Below are positions 1-11,509 of a stretch of DNA of 42,914 nucleotides, piece after piece; the stretch's first letter is position 1, and every line of letters begins with the position of its first letter. The DNA is taken from assembly GCA_020629735.1 (NCBI GenBank), contig JAHDCT010000001.1, forward strand, positions 1-42,914. Reading direction: 5' to 3'. The DNA is from a bacterium. Lineage in GTDB: Bacteria > Patescibacteriota > Gracilibacteria > Absconditabacterales > Absconditicoccaceae. The translations under genes were made by a program, and so were the position numbers. The notes beneath the pieces were generated by a model. That model saw only the letters and a list, made by a program, of their open reading frames with translations, searched no databases and was not told the DNA's origin.

Positions 1-720
1 TCGAAATAGAACGAAAAATGATTTAGAGATAAAGGTCATGGAATATGGCAATAAACACCTTAGAGAATGACCTGTTAGATTGAGTATGAGACTGTACGAT
101 GAATGTTGAATCAAGATACATCAATCAACTGTATACAGGATCTTGAAAAGAAAAGGTATTAGATATTACGAGGAGTATGCTAGAAGTAGAAAACGTAGGA
201 AGAAGAATAGGTTGTATGCTTTGGACACACCATGAGTTCAGGTACAAGTTGATACTTCTTTCCCTTACTGACGTAAGAGAAATTTAGTGATATATAGTGC
301 TATAGATGATTGTACGAGGAAAGTATATTCGAGAGCTTATAGAAGGCATTGTTGAGTACAACGAAAAGATTCATTATGAGCTTAAGAAAGAATATTGAGT
401 ATTGTATACAGACTATAAGAACAGATCAAGGTACAGAGTTCAGTGCTACTATTAGTGATTGGTTGTGAGCAAGATGAATTAAACATATCAAGAATGAAGC
501 CTATCATCCAGAGCACAATGGGAAAGTTGAAAGATATCATAGGACAATGAAAGAAGAAGCAATTAGTAAACGAGATCCAGATATAACATTACAGGAAGCG
601 AATTATCTGCTCCGACATCGAATGGCCTATTATAATAGATCCAGAAGACATACCTGATTATGAATGAACTGACTAACTCCTAAACAAAAACTGAAAAATG
701 TAACCTTGATTCTGCAATAG
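1..720 (+). pseudogene. IS481-family (rve integrase core, DDE) transposase, 5' truncated by the window edge and frameshifted near 358-361
   Basis: With TGA=Gly, frame 2 reads ...PGVQVQVDTSFPYGRKRNLVIYSAIDDCTRKVY. Frame 1 from 361 reads IRTDQGTEF...YHPEHNGKVERYHRTMKEE...YYNRSRRHTGLGMNGLTP and ends at TAG 718-720. The two halves are in different frames. Confidence 0.85.
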
Positions 721-724
721 AACA
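1..724 (+). mobile_element. Right part of an IS481-like insertion sequence
   Basis: The transposase stop overlaps the terminal sequence ...TGTAACCTTGATTCTGCAATAGAACA, which ends in ACA at 722-724 as expected for 5'-TGT...ACA-3' ends. The left end lies outside the window. Confidence 0.6.
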
Positions 725-957
725 ACCCTCTAACTTGCCCCTAAACCTTACTTTCACTAATTTCCTTGACTTCCTCTTTTAGAAATATATAAAAAATCAC
801 TTTACTTAAATAAAGTAGCATATGTTACTTTTCTCATCATTTTATCTTATTCATCATCATGCCGCTCAAAAGCATTGTTTCTGGATAGGCTAAATGTGTA
901 TTTCATACTTCAACCTTCTCCAGACATGGGGATTTTTTTATTCTTAGATACAACACT

Positions 958-1197
958 ATGAAAAATCTAACATGTAAAAATAAGACACAACTTAAAAAAC
1001 AAGCGGAAAATTTCTTAACTAGAACGAATACTCTTACCAAGCAACAATCTTGAGCACTACTTAACTCACTAGACTCTACAAGTTTAAAAGACACATCTGC
1101 TGTCAAAAAGATGATACAGAGCAAGGTTTGAAACGAGGTTGATGTAAATTTACTGCGAAAAGACTATGCTACCTCACTAAAAGGCAAAAAGACATAA
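958..1197 (+). CDS. Small hypothetical protein (79 aa)
   Basis: ATG..TAA is open when TGA=Gly (MKNLTCKNKTQLKKQAENFL...) and is followed by a hairpin terminator. Confidence 0.55.
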
Positions 1198-1214
1198 CGC
1201 TCTGTACAAGTTCA

Positions 1215-1238
1215 AAACTCGCTAAAGCGAGTTTTTTA
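1215..1238 (+). terminator. Intrinsic terminator
   Basis: AAAACTCGC-TAAA-GCGAGTTTTTT hairpin with a T tract, between convergent genes. Confidence 0.7.
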
Positions 1239-1304
1239 GTACCTAGGAATAAAGACCATTACGACACTAGCACATACCCTAGATTTATCCTAAAGCCTCT
1301 TACC

Positions 1305-2090
1305 CTATTTTCATTTTTTTTCTTCCACCACCTTGAGCTGCTCAAACAGAAAATGCAGCATGGTCGTTACTGCTTTACTCGAAATCTTTAATCCAAAAGG
1401 CACTTGTTCAAAGAGTACTATATAGAGATGAGATCATACTAGGTAAAAGTTTACTGCAGAATTTCACGCTGGTAATTCAAAGAGTTCTTCCATGGAGGTT
1501 GAGCGCGAAAGATACTCCATCAAAGAAATTCCGTTTGCTAAAAGGATGTCAGTATACACTTGTTTTTTCTTAAGTCTTTGAAAGGTATCTTGTGCATAGT
1601 CCTGAAGGCTCTTTGGTGCTGTTCCATACATATCTAAGGTGTTTGATGCTATAACTGTGATGACTCATCGTCATTTATCGATGGTTGTTGCATAGAGATC
1701 ATCGTAGAGGTTTTCTATTCCGCTCATCCCGTCAAAGAGGCTAATTTTGGGAGCAAAGGAATATCTTTTTTCATCGTATTGCGTGAAATGCTCTAACACT
1801 TCTGGCAAGTCTTTTTCTAAAGCTGATGCTCAAGACAATTTTTGTTGCACTTTACGCTGCAGCACTGAGATATCTTCTACGTAATAGTAGGCTACTCCTC
1901 CCCTTCTTGTTTTTGCGAGAAATCCTTTTTTTACTAATTTTTCAAGAGCCTTATACACCTTTGTTCTTTCTTCTCAGCATTGCTTAGCAATGTATGAGGC
2001 TGGCCTTGATCATCATGCGTAGACATGCTCAAATACCTTGCTTTCTGTCTCTGTGCATCCAAGCTTCTGCAGAAATATGTGAATATTCAT
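1305..2090 (-). CDS. TrmB-family transcriptional regulator (261 aa)
   Basis: N-terminus MNIHIFLQKLGCTETESKVFEHVYAGGSRPASYIAKQCGEERTKVYKALEKLVKKGF is a TrmB winged HTH. It is followed by 'ISLFDGMSGIENLYDD', typical of CPR TrmB proteins. Confidence 0.85.
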
Positions 2091-2130
2091 TTTCTCTTAA
2101 AACATTTATTTAAAACATTTTTTCAACATG

Positions 2131-2150
2131 TTGTGAACATAGTTTCACAA
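2131..2150. promoter_or_regulatory. Palindromic operator between the divergent TrmB and Cys-rich genes
   Basis: TTGTGAA-CATAGT-TTCACAA is a perfect 7-bp inverted repeat, just upstream of TTGACA (2168) and a TATACT-like -10. Confidence 0.55.
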
Positions 2151-2203
2151 AAAATTATATTTTATCATTGACAAAAAACAAGTCAATTCTATATACTGTG
2201 TTT

Positions 2204-3922
2204 ATGAATTATACAACTAAAGAAGCTTACCTAGCAATCTCAAAACAATTTAGCGACCCAATTCTTGAGCGAAAATCTTGTCGCCTTTCGTGAAAAGAGT
2301 TTCCTCTTTTTTCTTCTGAAAGAGATCGTTTTAAGAAATTTTCTTATGATTTGTGAAACTCTCGCATCACTATTCCTTACCCAACCCTCTGCCCTGAGGA
2401 AAGAATAAGAAGAAGATTGATGTTTAGAAATGAGAGGGTCTTATATAAAAGAAACTGTGATTTCACCTGAAAGGAAATTATCTCAATTTACTCACCTGAA
2501 CACAAACAGGTGGTGTATAAACGCGATATATGGTGGTCAGATATGTGGGATGCTATGAAAACTGGTGTTCAAATGGATTTCACAAGACCATTTTTTGAAC
2601 AATTTGCTGAGTTGAGAGAAAAGACGCCTACTCCGAATGTTTTTATTACGGATAGTGAAAACAGTGAATACTGTAATCATGTAGGTGAAATGAAAAGTTG
2701 TTTTATGGTTACTGCTGCTTGGAGAAATGATATGTGTCTCTATTCTTCGAATATTCGAGATTGCGTTAACTGTTGTGATTTACTTGAATGTTCACACTGC
2801 CACTGGAGTTATGAATGCACAAACTGTGAACATTGCTACAAACTTTTTTGGTCTGAATCAAGCGAGCACTGTAAAGACAGCATGTTCCTTACTGATTGCC
2901 TTTCTTGCTCTTCTTGTCTCTGATGCTGGTGACTAGAGCATAAGGAATACCATATTTTTAATAAAGCGAGCACCAAAGAACAGTATGAAAAAACAAAAAA
3001 AAGACTTCTTAGCAGTAATGAATTTCGCCAGCAATTTCTACAAACATATCTTTCTCTTCGCTCTGTTCTTTTACAACATGAGAGATGAATCAAATGATCA
3101 GATGCATGTTTATGAGATAAAATAACTGACTCGAGTAATTCGCTTTTTTGTTTTAACGTCTGAGATGCTCAAGATTGTTTGTATTGTGAAAATGGCGCAC
3201 TGTGATTCACTGATTGCCAAGATTGACTAGGAATCTGAGTGAATAGCTCACTCATGTACGAGATCATCGATACTGGGCTCAACAGTACGCGTTGTTTTTT
3301 CTCTGCTGTATGACACTCTTGCCCCAACTCAACTTATATTTGGAACTGCCACACCTCATCCTATCTTTTTTGATGTGCAGGATTACGCGATAAAAAATAC
3401 TGCATTCTCAATACACAATATACTCAACATGAGTTTGAGACTCTTGTGCCTAAAATTATTAATCATATGAAGGAAACCTGAGAACGAGGTGAGTTTTTTC
3501 CTGCTTCTTGCTCACCTTTTTGCTATAACGAAACAAGAGCTCAAGATTATTTTCCGTGCACTAAAGACCAGGCAGTGTGAAATAATTGGAAGTGGCTAGA
3601 CTCATTCCCTGATCCTAAAGTCCCACAATGAATAGAAACGCTCTGTAAGAAAAATTTCAACTCTCTCCAACGAGATACTTTGCAACAAGACTCTAGTATT
3701 TACAAAAAAGTATTTAGCTGCGAAAAAAGTTCTAGACCTTATAGAATACAACCCGTTGAATTAAAGTTCTACCACACACTTTGATTACCTCTTCCTTCTT
3801 TGCATCCAGATAAAAGACACTTAGCGAGATTCTTGAAAAGGCCTGGGAGGTCAGCTGGTGTTACTTATGCATCAAATTGAACTGAAAAACTCAACTTTCT
3901 TAAACGTTCTCATCACTTTTAA
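2204..3922 (+). CDS. Cys-rich repeat protein of a family common in CPR genomes (CxxSG ribbons, CxxC repeats, GEWGEFFP motif), function unknown (572 aa)
   Basis: Motifs CRLSGKEFP, PTLCPEERIRRRLMFRNERVLYKRNCDFTG, YCILNTQY, GE(CGA=W)GEFFP, SPFCYNET and LPLPSLHPDKRH lie in one frame with TGA=Gly. Confidence 0.85.
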
Positions 3923-4010
3923 TAAAATCTCTACATACACTATCATTGCCCTTGCTTTAACTTCATTAGCATGTATATAGAAAGTAATTCATCTACTCAC
4001 TTTTTTTGAA

Positions 4011-4208
4011 ATGGTCACCTGATCTTGACTAGTTAATGTAGCTTTAGAAATTAAAAACTGATACTGAGATAAGGTTCTTGATCTTTACCAAAAAACAAAA
4101 GAAATCATTAAAGATTCTTGATTCAAGACTGCACGTGAGGTAACAAGATCTTATGAGAAAACTGAAGAAATACACCAAAGGACTAAGTCTTCTTCTTGAT
4201 CTACATAG
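4011..4208 (+). CDS. Possible small hypothetical protein (65 aa)
   Basis: ATG..TAG is open with TGA=Gly. No recognisable motif. Confidence 0.3.
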
Positions 4209-4347
4209 ATTACTTTTTCTACACATCATTCTAGCCTCATCTCATTTACCAAGAATTTCAAAATCCGACAAAATCATCAAACTCTATTGACTTAATATCA
4301 AATCATATTAACATATTTTCGCTTTATAAATTTAAATTTTTCTTCTC

Positions 4348-5631
4348 ATGAGTACATTCTGAAGCGTTCAAACATTCGTTGACCACTCTAATCTGGTCAT
4401 AGAAAAAGATAAAAAAATCGCTGCTTGGCAAAGCGATGTTGAAAAGTGAAAACTTGAGGAAGCTACTAAAGAAATCATTACTACTTCAATCTCAAATACT
4501 CAATCTGAGGTAAAAGAACTTATTGAATGAAAATACTCATCAGTAGACGAACTCAAAGAACACCTCATGCTTATTGCTACTCTCAAAAAAGAGCTCAATG
4601 AATTAAAGCAAAGAGTACTTTCGATTCCTAAGGTCTGAGAGTATGTTGACGAGTGAATACAATTTTCACTCACTAAAGTTCTATGAGACATCTGAGTCAA
4701 AATTCAAAATCCTAATGACTTGTTACATCTTGATCAACTGAATTACCCAAGTGCCCTTAGTGAGATTGGAAGCACCACGGCATTCACAAAGATCCTATCA
4801 ATGGAAGAAGAATGAGCACTCATTCAGCGCTCTATCAATACCCATAATACACATATGGATCAGCTTAGAGAAGAAGTAAAAAAAGATGAGTACAAATCCC
4901 ATGACCTCAAGACCTATACAGAAGACAGCCGTCACACTAGTACCGTATATTTCAAAACTGAGTGAGATGAGACCCTATATTCTACTCATCAAAATACTGA
5001 GAGTGTCTGAACTTTAAAGAGATGAAGTGACTACTTCAGTAAGTGACTTGCTCGTTTTGAAAACTGAGAGGCAAAATTTCTCACTACTATGTCGTTCTAT
5101 AAGGTTATAGAAGTTTGAAATTACTTTTTCATGAATAAAGAGGATCATGGTCCGTTTGCAATTTTTGATAGAGAAGGGAATATACTTACACCATTTATGT
5201 ACCACAATGTTAAGATTAAAAAGTCACAGAAACATATCGTTCATGTAGACACAGATTATAGGACCTATGTAGACTTCTTGGAAAGATGAGTTACTAACTC
5301 TAACCACTCTACTCAGTTCTATGTTGACCTCAGCTCAGATGAAACTGTTTGAAACCTTCTTCAAAATGTTCCTGCTTGAAATGCCACAACTGGAAGATTA
5401 GAAAAAATAGAAATTACGAGAAAACTTGTACATGGAGAAGTCACTCTTGAAACTGAGTGCGTTGACGTTGTTCATCTATGAATAGTAAGAAAGAAACTTA
5501 AGGGACTTGGTATTGCAACTCTTAAAGATGCTAAGAAGAGAAAAGAAGAGATTCTTGGTTGTTCTCCAACTGTTATCTCTACGATGAAAAACATCTTTAG
5601 AGATGCTAAGAACTTATCTTGGGATGAATAG
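4348..5631 (+). CDS. Hypothetical protein (427 aa) with an N-terminal coiled coil and a possible C-terminal HhH / RNAP alpha-CTD-like domain
   Basis: Long ORF with TGA=Gly. The C-terminus reads HLGIVRKKLKGLGIATLKDAKKRKEEILGCSPTVISTMKNIF. Confidence 0.7.
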
Positions 5632-5651
5632 AATTATTAAGATAGATTAAT

Positions 5652-5687
5652 AAAAAAAGAGAACCTATGAATGGCTCTCTTTTTTTT
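5652..5687. terminator. Bidirectional terminator
   Basis: AAAAAAAGAGA...TCTCTTTTTTTT inverted repeat between convergent genes. Confidence 0.55.
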
Positions 5688-5793
5688 ATGCTCTTCTTTG
5701 AAACTCTGATTTATGTGATTTCAATTTACTTATTTTTTCCCCTTTTTTGTTCAAGGTTTTGCAGCGATACCTTTTCTACCTTATCATTACTGA

Positions 5794-7011
5794 TTACTCA
5801 AATTCATGTGCATCAATCGGATAGTACCCTATAATTTGTCTGTTCGTTGGATGACCTATTGCTAGTCACACATATACTCTATCACTTATGTAGGCAATTT
5901 CTCCTAAGTATACACGTTCGTTGATTCATCGATTTCTTTGGAGTTCTTCTGGGATACTTCCATCTACCACACCTTCTACGGTGTAGTTTCTTAGGTTAAT
6001 CTTATAGACGAAATCGTCTCTATCTATTACGTATGCATAGTTTTCGTTCTCGTCAATCGCTGCATCCGTTGGAAAATTTTCTACTTCAATTTGAGCTATA
6101 TGTGTCAGTGAGTTACTGTCTACAATTTGCAATGCTTTTGTCGACGTTAGGTAGAATATTTTTGAACCATCTTTACTCACCTGTAAAAATTTCGCTCATG
6201 ATCAAAGATCTCCATGATCAGATTCGTCAATGGTAATCGTTTGACCTAGCTCATTGGTTCCATGGCGAGTAATGTTTGCCGGACTTGACGACATTGGTGC
6301 TAAATAAATTTTCTTAGTTGCGGGATCAGCGCCAATCAAGGTTCTGCCTGTATTACTATACTGATTCGTGTTTTGATGGTTATTTTCTAATAAATCCCCT
6401 GATGTCATGCTGAATATAGCAAGGTCTTCTCGTCCATCACCAAAATGTGTTACATAGAGATTGTCTCCAATAACTGCTATATCAAATGGGTTGTATCCTA
6501 CGTTATATTCGTCGACCACGTTCATATTCGTCACGTCAACTTTTGCTACAAAGGTAGATCATTTGTTTGCTACGTAGGCATATTTTCCTTCTAGTGTTAC
6601 TGCAACTGGTTGAGATCACACAAAGACAGAGTCCATGATATACATATGCTGGTCTAGCTTATAGAAGCTGTTTGTGTGAGGTGAAACACCGAATACTCCA
6701 TACTGATTTTGCTGTGGGTCACTCCCTCCTTCAAGCCCGAATACCTGTCAGATAATTTCATCAACACTTGTAAGAATGAAACTGTATCTTTCGTTTGAAG
6801 CATAGAGTCAAATTACTCCTCAAAGCTTCTGATGAATTTTATACAGCCTTTTATGCCCTCCATCTTTGCTTGCTACATTTCAAATCATGTCAGCAACCTG
6901 TACGATCAGCTGTGCATCTGCTTGCGATGGTTGATACTCAGCGAAAGCTACTGGAGTAAGGAGCAGACTTATACTTGATGCCATTCAGAAAAACAGTGTT
7001 TTGATATTCAT
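5794..7011 (-). CDS. Secreted YVTN/YncE-like beta-propeller protein (405 aa)
   Basis: Signal-like N-terminus MNIKTLFFGMASSISLLLTPVAFA. Repeats VGSQPVAVTLEGKYAYVAN, VGYNPFDIAVIGDNLYVT and VENFPTDAAIDENENYAYV. Joins ORF-track fragments 5926-6180 and 6202-6534. Confidence 0.8.
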
Positions 7012-7217
7012 ATGTGTGTTTATGAGATAAATATGAGCTATGTATAGCTACGGCGCGATGGTTTACAAAGGGAATCGGTGCTTAGAAAAACTAGAATACA
7101 CTACGCTACAAGTAAGTGTGATAAAAAAAATTGCAAATATCTTTAGTTATATTACTGGGTTATTCATAATCTCTTATCTTTTCACCTCGCTGAATACTTT
7201 GTTTCTACGATTTTTTC

Positions 7218-7964
7218 CTACTTACCTTTGAGCATGTATCCTCAATCAACAAGGATATTTTCACCGGTAATATATTTTGCTTCATCTCAGGCAAGAAATA
7301 AAGCTACAGGTGCTATGTCATCCGGGGTTCCCAATCTCGAAAGGAGTATACCTCAATCAATTCTTTCTTTAGTCTCATCTGACCATTTCTGTGACCGGCC
7401 TGTTTGTATATATCCTGGAGATATCGCGTTACATCTAATATTGTCTTTCCCATAAGTTTTTGCGATACTTCTTGTGATACTTAAGACTCACGCTTTAGCT
7501 GCTGCATATGTTATACTACTTATCGTCGAAAGCTGAGGTATTCACTTCATTGAAGCTATATTGACTATACTTCATCCTCATTTTTTTTGCATAGCTGGAA
7601 TGACTGATTGCATACAGTATAATGATCATAAGACATTCACCTCTCGTTCAGCCAAAGATTTCTTCCCATCAAATTCTTCTATTTTCTTTATATCTACCGT
7701 TTTGACTCCAGCATTGTTTATCAAACAGTCTATACACCCATGATGCTTAATATATTCTCATATTTCCTTTTTTACTGTCTCCTGATCTGATATATCAAAA
7801 AACAACTTATCTGATCACTCAAGATCTTTGTGGATATTTTTTAGCTCATCAGTATCAGTCTTGGAATGCACAATCACTTTCCATCACTCTTGATGAGCAA
7901 GTTGTGCAATTCATTTACCAATTCATGAATCAGATCCTGTAACTAGGATAGTTTTTTGAGACAT
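7218..7964 (-). CDS. SDR-family NAD(P)-dependent oxidoreductase (FabG-like, 248 aa)
   Basis: ILVTGSDSGIGKGIA (glycines encoded by TGA), INNAG, catalytic YAAAK, IRCNAISPG and YITGENILVDGG. Confidence 0.9.
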
Positions 7965-8190
7965 AGACAGAGACGTAAATTAAAGCAATTTTATTACATA
8001 CATAGCAAATATCATGCGTTACTTATATGAGAAAATAGCGAAAATTACAAAACTTTCTTACCTCTTACTTAATTTTTCTATCTCTCTACTGTTTTAAACA
8101 CATACATACCAATACTTATGAGTAACCGATATGCAAATACTCGAATGCATGTTCTCATGAGAACGAAGCAATTTTCCTCAATAAAAAAAA

Positions 8191-8263
8191 TGCCCCCAGC
8201 TGGACTCGAACCAGCATTACAGTCTTCGCAGGACTGTGTCCTATCCTGTTGAACGATGGGGAC
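8191..8263 (-). tRNA. tRNA-Arg(GCG), CCA not encoded
   Basis: Reverse complement is GTCCCCATCGTTCAACAGGATAGGACACAGTCCT-GCG-AAGACTGTAATGCTGGTTCGAGTCCAGCTGGGGGCA. It has an acceptor stem, a CAGTC/GACTG anticodon stem and a GTTCGA T-loop. Confidence 0.95.
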
Positions 8264-8414
8264 ATTTACACCGCATGTTTTTAGTGAAATAGGGAGAAAT
8301 AGCAAACCTTTAAAAGGAGGAGAACCATCTTGACATAAAATTAATTTAAATTATAGTAATTTCTTAGACTTAACCGTAGCTCAACCTATGTGCTGATGTT
8401 ACAAAACAACAAAA

Positions 8415-8756
8415 ATGAAAGCATTCTTCTTTAGCCATCTTATCTGGATCCTCGGTTTTCCTGTAAGTACGGCAGTTTCATACTTCCTTTACAAGGTTAC
8501 CTTGAGTGATCGATACATTGCTATTGGCTTTGAGACATGGTTTATCTACGCATCTTTATATGTGGTAGTAAACATGATTCTCACCTAATCACCAACCAGT
8601 CAAAAGACTTTTTGCTGGTTTATGGTTCTGTACCCAACGGTCTGGGACATCTTCAACTATTTCCAACCTGAGTATTCTTATGATATAAGTTTAGCCTTAT
8701 TTTCGATAGGCTCATATCTTTTTGGAGGATATATACTTTGGAAATTGATACAATAA
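8415..8756 (+). pseudogene. Small multi-pass membrane protein with an in-frame TAA (8586-8588), paralog of the next gene
   Basis: LIWILGFPVS...*...FCWFMVLYPTVWDIF...YLFGGYILWK aligns with VIWGIGYPLS...FVWFMVAFPLCCDIF...WYMGGNYYWS on both sides of the stop. Confidence 0.65.
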
Positions 8757-8779
8757 AAACACACATTAAATTTACATCT

Positions 8780-9097
8780 ATGTTACAACGTCCATTAGTG
8801 ATTTGGGGAATTGGGTATCCCTTAAGTCACACGTTATCATGCTTAATCTGCCAACCATCTTATGAAGCCTTCATTGCTATAATTGGAGCTCATATTGTCT
8901 TGTATATTCTTGTATTTGCCTCGGTGCTTATGAGTTCATCATGCAAATTACAGTTTGTGCGGTTCATGGTTGCTTTCCCACTTTGCTGCGATATTTTCCT
9001 AACAGTCCTTCCCTCTACTCAATACGATCTGTACATCACCCTTGCTGCTTTGCTTGGTTGGTATATGGGTGGGAATTACTATTGGAGTCGTAGCTAA
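8780..9097 (+). CDS. Small multi-pass membrane protein (105 aa)
   Basis: Hydrophobic ORF (track entry 8738-9097, ATG at 8780) with similarity to the upstream paralog. Confidence 0.7.
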   Translation: MLQRPLVIWGIGYPLSHTLSCLICQPSYEAFIAIIGAHIVLYILVFASVLMSSSCKLQFVRFMVAFPLCCDIFLTVLPSTQYDLYITLAALLGWYMGGNYYWSRS

Positions 9098-9103
9098 ACT
9101 CCT

Positions 9104-9172
9104 CCCTGTGAGGATTCTTAATTATCATATATTATTTCCTCACAGGGGTCCCTCTTGTGGGGATTCTTTTTT
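9104..9172 (+). terminator. Stem-loops and T tract downstream of the membrane-protein pair
   Basis: CCCTGTGAGGA...TCCTCACAGGG is an 11-bp inverted repeat, followed by a GTCCC..GGGAT hairpin and a T run. Confidence 0.5.
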
Positions 9173-9295
9173 GCTAGAAATACTTATTCAGACCTAGATT
9201 ATGTCAAACTTCACACCTATTGACAATAAACAATACATATTTATCATCTACTTCATCCATTTCGTCATACAGCTCTACCGTTCTCTCTTTTTTTC

Positions 9296-10678
9296 ATGGA
9301 AAATCCTTCTGATAAGCTTTGAGCACTACATCAAAACAACAGCGATTTCAACGATAAGGTTGAAATTTTTAAGCTTATCTGCTCAGAGGCGCTTACTTTT
9401 GATATAGAAGCACTTCTTACACAGTTGCTTGAGAAAAATAAATTTAATAGTGATAGTCTTTACTGATTTACTGGTGTTATTACTGAAGCGAATATTATTA
9501 ATTATTATGAAGTACAAGATGTATACGACACATATTGAGAAGAACTGAGCATAGAAGATCTCTGAGTGTTTCATACACTTCGCTACTTACCCAGAGATTA
9601 TCTTACTTTTCTTCATACGGTTCATGCACTATCATCAAATGTATCAAAGCATCCTCTCCATCACCAACTCTTACATTTACCACATGAGAGCAGAGATGCG
9701 GCTTTAGCAGAATTCTTCTATATCACCTCACCGATAACTGCTTGGTTGCATTGAAATCTGTTTCAGTTACGAGAAATCTTACAAGAAAACATTATTCAGA
9801 ATACGGACTGATCTACTACGGTCTACCTTCCCTTTGGAGCTAAAAGAGAGCGTCAGACGGGGTATACCTATAATCCTACTACGCATAGTTCTCACGCATT
9901 AAGCTCTCAACAAACTTCTGCTCTTGAAGAGATTTTACCAGGTCAGATGACGATTGATGTTTTTTCTACTAATCCATTAGCAAAGGAAATGTTATTTGGT
10001 TTTGCCTATCAAGAGTGAACCGCTTATTTAAAGCAGATATCACTAGAGACTTTTTGAAGGGTTGAATATAAGATTGACGAAAAACAGATGAAAGCCTGTC
10101 TTGAAATTCTAAATACTTCTGAATCTATTCAGGAAAGCTTTCAAATGCTTGATAGTGCATTTGTAAGGGCAAATACCCTTTCTCAGTCGCATGCATATAA
10201 TGCTTTGTTCTTAGCTATACAGGAGAGACTCAATAAGAGCTTTGACTGAGTTTGATCTGAGCCAGAGTGAGCTGTACACCATACCATCGAGGCACTTTTG
10301 GATATAGATAGCTGAGCATATGACTATAGCTGATTTTTGATATATCAAAATCCTGCTATAATTTCCCACTTAAACTCATTGATCAAAACATATTCTCATG
10401 GGTCACCTACTCTTATAGGAATTTCTTACTCTGAAAAAGATAAAGCCATTGAAATTGGTATTGACAAGCTTACTCATCATTGGGACTGAGATGATACGTG
10501 AATTACCTTAGATATGTTTTGATATAAGTGAAAAATCTTTCCGTTTAAACATTTTATCCCTTTCTTGTGAATTGAGGATGGGAAATTTATGATTGAGCAT
10601 GAAGGGGGAATATCCTGATTTACTCCTGAGGATATTATTCAGTTGTTTGATGTATTGTATATTATTGAGAAGCAGTAA
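9296..10678 (+). CDS. Hypothetical protein (460 aa)
   Basis: ATG..TAA in frame, long ORF with TGA=Gly (MENPSDKLGALHQNNSDF...). No motif recognised. Confidence 0.7.
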
Positions 10679-10786
10679 GTTTTTGTAAAAAATATTATTT
10701 CTAGTTGAGTCAATACGATTTGCATAAAGTTTTAAAAAACATATATTTTGCTTTTCTGTATTAAAATCAAAAATGCAAATTTAATT

Positions 10787-11317
10787 ATGTTAAGTAAAAA
10801 AAATAAAAATAAAATAGGTAATACCTCAGTAGGTATAGATTTAGCATCTTTAGAAGCTGCCTTACTAAAAGGTGGATTTGTTCCCTGTGATGGGAAACGC
10901 AAGATTTTATTCATCGTTGGTATTAACCACGATTCGAAAAATCATAAAAACAACTTTGAATTTGGCAGTTCAAGGTTTGTGCTTAAAAAACATGCCACAA
11001 GTGCCCCCCTAACTTCCTTTGATGTATTCGATGAGTCGTTCAAAGAGGAGACTGCAATAAAAACCACCATCACTAAAGTAATTATTCCAGATACTAAGCG
11101 CTTTACAAAAAAGCAAAAAGGTATTGTGGCATTTGGTGAAGGTACACTCATCTGGAACAAAGGAGTAGTTGAGTTTACATCAATTTCACTAACAAGAAGT
11201 AGGTCTATCGAAGAAGGTAGCCTTCACAAATTAAAGTGGTACGACGGCTTGAATGAAGTCGCTACAAGAAGAACTTCATACGCATCATTTTATGATTTTT
11301 TATATGATGTGAAATAA
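10787..11317 (+). CDS. Hypothetical protein, paralog of 11510-12004
   Basis: Open ORF without TGA. Shares ALLKGG, F.F.SS.FV, G...FG..TL.W..G...F and LHKL/LNKL with its neighbour. Start uncertain (10748 or 10787). Confidence 0.75.
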   Translation: MLSKKNKNKIGNTSVGIDLASLEAALLKGGFVPCDGKRKILFIVGINHDSKNHKNNFEFGSSRFVLKKHATSAPLTSFDVFDESFKEETAIKTTITKVIIPDTKRFTKKQKGIVAFGEGTLIWNKGVVEFTSISLTRSRSIEEGSLHKLKWYDGLNEVATRRTSYASFYDFLYDVK

Positions 11318-11340
11318 ACTATCCTTTTCTATTTTTCAAA

Positions 11341-11420
11341 GTACAGAGAAGACCCGTTAAGATATTTATCGGAAGGGAAATACTGGTTCGACCTCATAGG
11401 AACGGACCAGTCTTTTTTTT
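11341..11420 (+). terminator. Conserved two-hairpin 3' element / terminator, copy A
   Basis: CCCG..CGGAAGGG, then ACTGGTTCG..CGGACCAGT followed by a T tract. Repeated at 12016-12096. Confidence 0.6.
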
Positions 11421-11509
11421 ATAGAATAAAAATATTGTCAATATATGTTGTATATAGGAGGTAAAAATGTATTAGTAAAGTTTCCTGTACACAATAAATA
11501 GAAACAAAT

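Noticed and set aside
8078..8305. 75-aa track ORF
   Set aside because: It overlaps the well-formed tRNA-Arg on the same strand.
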